Part shown: positions 39,595 through 45,924 of the stretch, piece by piece
How the letters are laid out: each line of letters opens with the position of its first letter
Position numbering within the stretch: the first letter of the stretch is position 1
Source of the DNA: Desulfobacteria bacterium
GTDB lineage: Bacteria > Desulfobacterota > Desulfobacteria > Desulfobacterales > C00003060
DNA length: 45,924 bases
Direction of reading: 5' to 3'
Assembly (NCBI GenBank): GCA_030145395.1
Contig: JAQYVR010000239.1
Coordinates: 1-45,924 of the forward strand
The notes under the pieces: model-generated
What the model saw: only the letters and a program-made list of their open reading frames with translations
Database searches by the model: none
What the model was told of the DNA's origin: nothing
Translations under genes and position numbers: made by a program

Positions 39595-39837
39595 TCACTT
39601 AGAAACGTCTTCAGGCTTCCCAAGGATTAAAAGCACCTTACCTACTTGTGGCCACGTCATGGCGCCCTGTTCGCACAAAATTCTTCCGAGCAGTCGGTGG
39701 GGTTCCTCAGCAATATCATCTTCGACTTGGGTCTTCAATGCCACCAGAAGTTGCTCTAGTGCAATAAACCCCTCTTGTACTGCGATGTGTCCAAAACGCA
39801 CTTCGCTGTGAGCTATCTCTCCCTTTTTGTCTGACAT
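39595..39837 (-). CDS. Small standalone MshEN-like protein
   Basis: RFGHIAVQEGFIALEQLLVALKTQ followed by LLGRILCEQGAMTWPQVGKVL; GGAAGGA RBS. Confidence 0.7.
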   Translation of the reverse strand: MSDKKGEIAHSEVRFGHIAVQEGFIALEQLLVALKTQVEDDIAEEPHRLLGRILCEQGAMTWPQVGKVLLILGKPEDVSK

Positions 39838-39958
39838 GTAATTGTTCCTTCCGATTTATTATTGATATAGACCGAAGACTCCAAAAAAACCGAAGCAGCG
39901 ACAAATGCGGGGCTATGATGGCCTCGCCTTCACTTTTCGAAATGCCGTTAATGCTCTA

Positions 39959-40213
39959 TTACTTGTCTCCACAGGTTCCTTGGTCAGTCGCCTTTGCCCT
40001 TTCCTCTTGAGACATCCCCGATAGTCGTTCCACCCCCTTGATGCTCAGCTTTAGCCCTTTGGCGACCCGGCGACCGTAATCGGGATCAGCCTTGTAAAAA
40101 ATTGCTGTCTGACGCATCTGTATCCGTTTTTTCGCACCGCTGAGGTGGTCCACAATATTGCTGATTAGATGACTTCGATCCTTGGCGGTCATGACCCTGC
40201 GATAAAGCTCGCC
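39959..40213 (-). pseudogene. C-terminal fragment of a monofunctional heme catalase
   Basis: GELYRRVMT..DRSHLISNIVDHLSGA...IQMRQTAIFYKADPDYGRRVAKGL; no heme domain upstream. Confidence 0.8.
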
Positions 40214-40451
40214 GGAATTGCGGCGGAGATCCCGTCTTGACGGGGTTGCAGGGAGCTTCAATATTTGATGCGGAGATTTATTCGACCTTTCTTCCCATTA
40301 TCTTGCATTGGGTATTCCGAACGGCCATTCAAGATTCCTTGCCATTATCTATACTTTTTGAGAAGTCAAGTTAACAGAATCGTATCATGACATTTTATGG
40401 GGTCAGCAAAGGTTTGAGTATATGAGGTGTTTCAGGTGGGATCAGCATGGA

Positions 40452-40649
40452 CTATTGCACCCTATCCGACTCAAACTCAGCGTCGAAAAAACCTTCCAGT
40501 ATTTCAAGCTCTTCATACTGATGCTGCACGATAGCACAGCGAATGTTTTTCTGACACCAATTACGGCACACGGTGTCGTCAGGTTCATACTGCCCAAAAC
40601 AGTCGAATCTGCTCGTCAGAAGCTTTGAATCAAGTATCGTCTTTTTCAT
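40452..40649 (-). CDS. Small Cys-rich hypothetical protein
   Basis: DCFGQY...CRNWC...RC; ATGA overlap with the suhB stop. Confidence 0.65.
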   Translation of the reverse strand: MKKTILDSKLLTSRFDCFGQYEPDDTVCRNWCQKNIRCAIVQHQYEELEILEGFFDAEFESDRVQ

Positions 40650-41431
40650 GATAGTGCCAATAGGGCCATCATCTCCTGGTGAATAAGACCATTTGTAGCC
40701 AAAATTTCCTTTTTGTCAATACCATAATCTCCACTTGAGAAGTCAGAGATCGTTCCTCCCGCTTCCTGGACTATCATCCAACCTGCTGCGGTATCCCATG
40801 GAGCCAGATTCTCTTCCCAGAAACCGTCAAATCTCCCGCAGGCCACATAACACAGATCCAGGGCAGCTGACCCTAACCGACGAACTCCCTGGGCAGCCAT
40901 TATACATCGCTCAAGCCGCTGCATCAAAGGACCAATAACGGGCTCAAGGTCATAAGGAAAACCGGTGACCAGCAAACTCTCCGCAACTGTCTTTGTGCTT
41001 GAGACACGAATGGGTCGGCCGTTTAGTTCAACTCCCTGCCCACGCGTAGCGCAAAAGAGTTCTCCGGCAACCGGATTCAAGATCAGGCCAAATGCCATCT
41101 CGCCTTCAAGAGCGAAGGCAATAGAGAGGCTGAAATCGGGTAGGTGATGGGCGAAATTCGTCGTGCCGTCTAACGGATCTATGATCCATTCGTAAGGGTC
41201 TGTTCCGGGGGTAATGCCACTTTCCTCAGCCAGGATGGCGTGTCCCGGGAAAACAGCCCGGATAAGCTGGATAATGGCATCTTCAGAGGCCAAGTCAGCT
41301 TCAGTCACTAAATCGATAGCACCTTTTTTTTCTACTGTGTGGGCTTTGTCCCAGCGATTACGAAGAATTTCGCCTGCCCGAATTGCAGCCGCCACACCGA
41401 TGTCCCTGATTTTTCCCAGATCCACAGGCAC
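40646..41431 (-). CDS. suhB: Inositol monophosphatase
   Basis: DLVTEAD, WIIDPLDGTTNF, RRLGSAALD, WDTAAG. Confidence 0.93.
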   Translation of the reverse strand: MPVDLGKIRDIGVAAAIRAGEILRNRWDKAHTVEKKGAIDLVTEADLASEDAIIQLIRAVFPGHAILAEESGITPGTDPYEWIIDPLDGTTNFAHHLPDFSLSIAFALEGEMAFGLILNPVAGELFCATRGQGVELNGRPIRVSSTKTVAESLLVTGFPYDLEPVIGPLMQRLERCIMAAQGVRRLGSAALDLCYVACGRFDGFWEENLAPWDTAAGWMIVQEAGGTISDFSSGDYGIDKKEILATNGLIHQEMMALLALS

Positions 41432-41644
41432 AAACCCTATAGGATTGTAACTACCAAGTCAACTGTAACCCACCCGGAAAATGCTATCAGACATGTTGAA
41501 CAGACTCAAGGAGGAATGGCCTGGCTGAAACCGGCCAAATGCCGACAGAATGGCCTTTTAAATCGATTGACATATCTCGGTCCGTCCATTAACTTTCCGT
41601 ACATACACGCAATATTCAAGTATATCTTTGTGGGACAGCTATTT

Positions 41645-43852
41645 ATGTCGGAAACAATAGAAGGCCACCTGGAGCGAATTGTTTTCTCCAGCGAGCACAA
41701 CCACTATACGGTAGCGAAGATAAAGGTCGGGGGAGACCCGGATCTTGTGACTGTAGTAGGCGAACTGGCCGGCATGACGCCGGGACAGGGGCTCAAGCTC
41801 TCGGGAGCCTGGGAAACCCATCCCAAATACGGCCGCCAGTTCAGGGCCACCAACTACAGCGTCAGTCTTCCCTCCCAGATCCACGGAATTCAGAAGTACC
41901 TAGGATCAGGACTGATCCCGGGCATTGGCCAGGTAATGGCCGAACGACTGGTTGACCGGTTCGGGGAGAAGACCCTCCGGGTCATTGAACGCTCTCCCAA
42001 AAAACTCCTTCAGGTTAAGGGCATTGGGAAGAAAACCCTTAAAACCATCTGCACAGCATGGGAGGCTCAGAGGGAAGTCAGGGATGTTATGATCTTTCTT
42101 CAGGGCCACGGCGTAAGCACAGGCTACAGTGCCAAGATATTCAAGCATTACGGCCAAAATGCCATACGGGTGGTCCAGGAAAATCCCTACCGACTGGCAA
42201 TCGACATATTTGGCATCGGTTTTCTCATTGCTGATGGAATTGCAGAAAAAATCGGCATTGCCAAGGATGCCATAATACGGGCCGAGGCTGGTATCCTGCA
42301 TGTGCTGAATAAGGTATCCGACGAAGGACACCTGTTTCTTCTCTACGATCAACTGCTCGATAGGGCTGAAACTCTCCTCCAGATGGACCACACCGCACTG
42401 AAAGAGGCGGTGACGAACCTCGCCTCATCCGGACACATTGTGCTTGAGGACCTTCAGGTTGAAGATGATTCTGCCAGGGCTGCGATGGGCGTTTACCTGA
42501 GAGCTTCCTACGCGGCTGAGGTGGGTCTGGCCAGCCGCCTTAAGGCCTTCCTTTCTGTGCCCTTCGAAGGTCTTGGCAAAGATGTCACACGTATAGAGAA
42601 ACTGGTCCAACGCAGACTCGCTGTTATGCTTTCGAAAGGACAATGGGCCGGGCTGCAAACAGCGCTTTCCTGCAAGGTATCAATTCTAACAGGTGGACCT
42701 GGTACGGGCAAAACCACATTGGTGAAGGCTATCCTGGCGGTCTTTGAGGCAGCCGGAAAGCAGGTCAAGCTTTGCGCGCCCACGGGTCGGGCGGCCAAGA
42801 GGCTTTCAGAAGTCACAGGCCATGAAGCAAAAACGATTCATCGCCTTCTCGCCTACAACTTCAAGAGCGGCGGGTTTCAAAAAACCGAAACAGATCCGCT
42901 CGATGCCGATGTGGTAATTGTGGATGAAACATCCATGGTAGACTCCTTTCTGATGTATCATCTTGTTAAGGCGATCCCCATGACCGCCGTTCTGATCCTG
43001 GTGGGGGATGTGGATCAGCTGCCTTCGGTGGGACCCGGGAATGTACTGCGGGACATGATCGACTCCAAACAGGTACCTGTCATATTATTAAATGAGATCT
43101 TCAGGCAGGTCCGGGATAGTCTGATCATCGTAAATGCCCACAGAATGAACCAAGGCTTTTCGCCGACCATTCCGGATTCCAATCGCGATACAGTCGAAGA
43201 TTTCTACTTCATCCAGCAGGAAGATCCTGAAAAAGTGCTTTCCACAATATTGGACCTTTGCTGTGAGAGGATTCCAAACCGATTCAACCTGGACCCCATG
43301 TCAGAGATCCAGGTACTTACCCCCATGCACAAAGGCACCATAGGCACAACCAACCTGAACCGCGTGCTGCAGCAAGCCTTGAACCCGTCAGCAGACATGA
43401 TTGAGCGTATGGGTTACAACTTCAGGCGCGGGGACAAGGTGATGCAGATTAGAAACAATTACTTGAAGAATGTCTTCAATGGAGATATTGGAACCATCAG
43501 CCGAATCGATCGCGATATTCACAAGGTCTCTGTCCAATACGAAGGCCGTCCCGTCGACTACGAGTTTTCCGAACTTGACGAGCTAGTACTCGCTTATGCA
43601 GTCTCGGTGCACAAGTCACAGGGCTCAGAATACGGGGCCGTGATTCTGCCGGTGATGACTCAGCATTTTGTATTACTCCAAAGAAACCTTATATACACTG
43701 GGGTAACCCGTGCCAAGAAGTTGGTTGTCCTCATCGGCACTAAACAGGCCCTGGCCATTGCCCTGCGCAATGACAAGCCGCAGAAGCGCATGACCCGTCT
43801 TTGTGAGAGGATGAAACGAATGCAGAATGGAGAATTCGGAATTCGGAATTAA
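41645..43852 (+). CDS. recD2: ATP-dependent RecD-like helicase RecD2
   Basis: HPKYGRQF, HhH repeats, GGPGTGKT, APTGRAA, DETSM, GDVDQLPSVGPG, HKSQGSE, YTGVTRA; start placed at ATG 41645. Confidence 0.95.
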   Translation: MSETIEGHLERIVFSSEHNHYTVAKIKVGGDPDLVTVVGELAGMTPGQGLKLSGAWETHPKYGRQFRATNYSVSLPSQIHGIQKYLGSGLIPGIGQVMAERLVDRFGEKTLRVIERSPKKLLQVKGIGKKTLKTICTAWEAQREVRDVMIFLQGHGVSTGYSAKIFKHYGQNAIRVVQENPYRLAIDIFGIGFLIADGIAEKIGIAKDAIIRAEAGILHVLNKVSDEGHLFLLYDQLLDRAETLLQMDHTALKEAVTNLASSGHIVLEDLQVEDDSARAAMGVYLRASYAAEVGLASRLKAFLSVPFEGLGKDVTRIEKLVQRRLAVMLSKGQWAGLQTALSCKVSILTGGPGTGKTTLVKAILAVFEAAGKQVKLCAPTGRAAKRLSEVTGHEAKTIHRLLAYNFKSGGFQKTETDPLDADVVIVDETSMVDSFLMYHLVKAIPMTAVLILVGDVDQLPSVGPGNVLRDMIDSKQVPVILLNEIFRQVRDSLIIVNAHRMNQGFSPTIPDSNRDTVEDFYFIQQEDPEKVLSTILDLCCERIPNRFNLDPMSEIQVLTPMHKGTIGTTNLNRVLQQALNPSADMIERMGYNFRRGDKVMQIRNNYLKNVFNGDIGTISRIDRDIHKVSVQYEGRPVDYEFSELDELVLAYAVSVHKSQGSEYGAVILPVMTQHFVLLQRNLIYTGVTRAKKLVVLIGTKQALAIALRNDKPQKRMTRLCERMKRMQNGEFGIRN

Positions 43853-43890
43853 CTTCGTTTTTGCTTTCCGCGTTCCGAAATCCGCATTCG
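43818..43890. repeat. Heptamer tandem repeats in complementary arms spanning the recD2 stop
   Basis: GAATGCAGAATGGAGAATTCGGAATTCGGAATT ... TTCCGCGTTCCGAAATCCGCATTCG. Confidence 0.65.
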
Positions 43891-43905
43891 AGAGGGAGGC
43901 TTTTT

Positions 43906-44895
43906 GTGAAAAACGTTCTAGTTGTTGGTGGGGCAGGATACATTGGATCGCACATGGCCAAGTGCCTTTCCGCAAACGGCTACGTGCCTATTGTCCTTGA
44001 CAACCTTGATCACGGAAGCCGGCAAACAACGAAGTTCGGGCCTTTCTTCGAGGGATCAATGAACGATGCAAGTCTTCTCCAGAAGATATTTTCAGAATAC
44101 CCGGTTGCAGCTGTCATGCATTTTGCTGCGTTCTGTTATGTTGGAGAATCAATGAAACAACCGGCAAAATATTACCAGAACAATGTGGTCAATACCCTTG
44201 CCCTCCTTGAGTGCATGGTTGAAGAGAATATAAGCAATTTCATATTCTCGTCTTCATGCTCAATCTACGGGGAACCGGTCGAAACCCCCATAACAGAAGA
44301 TCACCCGAAAAAACCGATAAATCCTTATGGAAGATCCAAGCTCATGGTTGAACAGATACTTCATGATTTCAGACAGGCGTACGGGCTTGAATCGATTTGT
44401 CTCAGGTATTTCAATGCAGCCGGTGCAGACCCTGACGGAGAGCTGGGTGAAGATCATGATCCGGAAACACACCTGATCCCCCTGATTCTTAAGACAGCCC
44501 TTGGTCAACGGCCCCATATAGATATCTTCGGGGATGACTATCCAACGCCTGACGGCACATGTATTCGAGATTATATTCACATCGAAGACTTGGCCCAGGC
44601 ACACCTACTTGCCCTGGAAAGGTTATTGACAGGCTTGTCAGGCGGGCAATACAATCTAGGAAATGCTACGGGGTATTCCGTGAAGCAGGTCATTGAGATC
44701 GCTCGAAGTGCAACCAATGAAGAAATTCCCGCGAGAGTGGTGGAAAGGCGTCCTGGCGACCCCGCAGTCCTTATCAGTTCCAGCGAAAAGGCGATGAAGG
44801 ATCTGGGGTGGAAGCCAAAGTTTACTGACCTTGAGGCTATCATGGAAACGGCCTGGACCTGGCACAAAAATAATCCAAACGGCTATGCCCCTTGA
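43906..44895 (+). CDS. galE: UDP-glucose 4-epimerase
   Basis: GGAGYIGSH, HFAA, YGRSK, LRYFNAAGA, DGTCIRDYIH; GTG start after GGGAGG. Confidence 0.96.
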   Translation: MKNVLVVGGAGYIGSHMAKCLSANGYVPIVLDNLDHGSRQTTKFGPFFEGSMNDASLLQKIFSEYPVAAVMHFAAFCYVGESMKQPAKYYQNNVVNTLALLECMVEENISNFIFSSSCSIYGEPVETPITEDHPKKPINPYGRSKLMVEQILHDFRQAYGLESICLRYFNAAGADPDGELGEDHDPETHLIPLILKTALGQRPHIDIFGDDYPTPDGTCIRDYIHIEDLAQAHLLALERLLTGLSGGQYNLGNATGYSVKQVIEIARSATNEEIPARVVERRPGDPAVLISSSEKAMKDLGWKPKFTDLEAIMETAWTWHKNNPNGYAP

Positions 44896-44985
44896 GAAGA
44901 AGATCCTTTTGTCGTATCGGGCATTAGAGTGTATGAACATCGCCACGGTTAGCGTAATGAGGCAAGAGGGCATTAACGATCAGAC

Positions 44986-45077
44986 ACTTGATACTGGATG
45001 CTTGATACTGGGTACTGGATGATGTGTTCCAATAATGATATTGTTTATCCAGCGTCCGGCATCAAGTATCCAGCATC
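44986..45077. repeat. Heptamer tandem-repeat hairpin
   Basis: ACTTGATACTGGATGCTTGATACTGGGTACTGGAT ... TATCCAGCGTCCGGCATCAAGTATCCAGCATC. Confidence 0.75.
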
Positions 45078-45122
45078 GGTTTCTTACCTAAATGCATTAC
45101 TAATCAGCTAACGGAGTCCGAC

Positions 45123-45734
45123 ATGACGGATAAGATATCAAACAACAATAATGTTACCTGGTTCAATGGCCACGTCTCCCGCAAGGACAGAGAGAAACTC
45201 CATGGCCACAAGGGAGCCCTCCTCTGGTTCACAGGCCTTTCCGCCTCCGGGAAATCCACGGTTGCCCACCTGGCTGAAAAAGAGCTGCACCAACGAGGTT
45301 GCTCCACATACGTATTTGACGGAGACAACGTGCGTCACGGCCTCTGTGCGGACCTCAGATTTGGTCATGAGGACAGAACAGAAAACATCCGCCGCATAGG
45401 CGAGATGGTTAAACTCTTTGTGGACGCAGGCATGATTGTCCTAACTGCCTTCATCTCGCCGTACCGCAAGGACCGTCGGAAGGTTCGATCACTCTTAAAG
45501 GATGGGCAGTATCTCGAAATCTACGTGGAGTGCCCCCCTGACGTATGTGCTGCTCGCGACAAGAAAGGCATCTACGCCAAGGCCAAATCCGGGCTGATCA
45601 AGGACTTCACCGGCGTCTCCGCCCCCTATGAAGTCCCAAAGAATCCTGACCTCACTATCCGCTCCTCCGAGGAAGATGCACCGCAATCCGCCAAAAGAGT
45701 GATCAAGTTGTTAGAGGAGTATGACCTGATTTAG
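45123..45734 (+). CDS. cysC: Adenylyl-sulfate kinase
   Basis: WFTGLSASGKST, DGDNVRHGL, ENIRRIGE, FISPY, FTGVSAPYE. Confidence 0.96.
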   Translation: MTDKISNNNNVTWFNGHVSRKDREKLHGHKGALLWFTGLSASGKSTVAHLAEKELHQRGCSTYVFDGDNVRHGLCADLRFGHEDRTENIRRIGEMVKLFVDAGMIVLTAFISPYRKDRRKVRSLLKDGQYLEIYVECPPDVCAARDKKGIYAKAKSGLIKDFTGVSAPYEVPKNPDLTIRSSEEDAPQSAKRVIKLLEEYDLI

Positions 45735-45736
45735 CC

Positions 45737-45924
45737 AGTTTCCATCCATAAATGGCCCTTTTTGCGATGAGCGGCGTTCTCCTCGGGTTTGCGCCTGCGG
45801 CTTGTGAAGAGGCCGTCTGCGGAGTACGATCTGTACGCCTCAACGAAAACCCCTGCCCGCCATCGCTAAGGCTCAGGCGAGGCGGGCGGGCTTGTGCGGC
45901 CTTGCTCATCAGAAGAACTCCTCA
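45737..45924. mobile_element. MITE of the GTTTCCATCCATAAAT family, probably running off the right edge
   Basis: AGTTTCCATCCATAAATGGCCCTTTT and GTACGCCTCA match 13439-13523 in reverse; internal hairpin GCCCGCC...GGCGGGC. Confidence 0.65.

Noticed and set aside
41339-41644. Long N-terminal extensions in the track for recD2 (also 14409, 19336, 31980, 43861 starts)
   Set aside because: They overlap neighbouring genes, terminators or repeats; downstream starts fit the family N-termini better.
1031-45909. Many short antisense or alternate-frame ORFs in the track (e.g. 1191-1934, 7655-8485, 23147-23794, 29832-30530)
   Set aside because: They overlap well-supported genes and have no recognisable motifs; they are shadow ORFs.

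Overview
This 45.9 kb window looks like chromosome from a Desulfobacterota (deltaproteobacterial) organism; the lineage is inferred from gene content and protein style. Most of it is housekeeping: uvrB, a GAF-GspE/PilB ATPase, nfeD, udg, coaBC, fbp, ruvCAB, the tol-pal-cpoB operon, holB-PSP1-metG, suhB, recD2, galE and cysC. The most interesting block is a selenium-linked cluster at about 32.1-39.5 kb. It holds a MauE/DoxX membrane protein, an exported rhodanese, selD with an in-frame UGA (Sec) and SECIS-like hairpin that the ORF track truncates, an uncharacterised PP-loop-like CxxC/GC protein, a TIM-barrel metalloenzyme, a convergent ExtI/OprO-like porin and a GlcF-like Fe-S protein. The left edge carries an ORF missing from the track, with a SeqA-N/RHH-like start. 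The window also has several decayed genes (a wecE::outer-membrane-protein chimera, a catalase tail, a membrane-protein remnant). Intergenic spaces contain many small non-autonomous elements: IS200/IS605-like palindromes, MITEs with terminal inverted repeats (TIRs), and 7-9 nt tandem-repeat hairpins. No rRNA, tRNA, CRISPR array or intact transposase was seen. All family assignments come from reading motifs by eye; no database searches were run.
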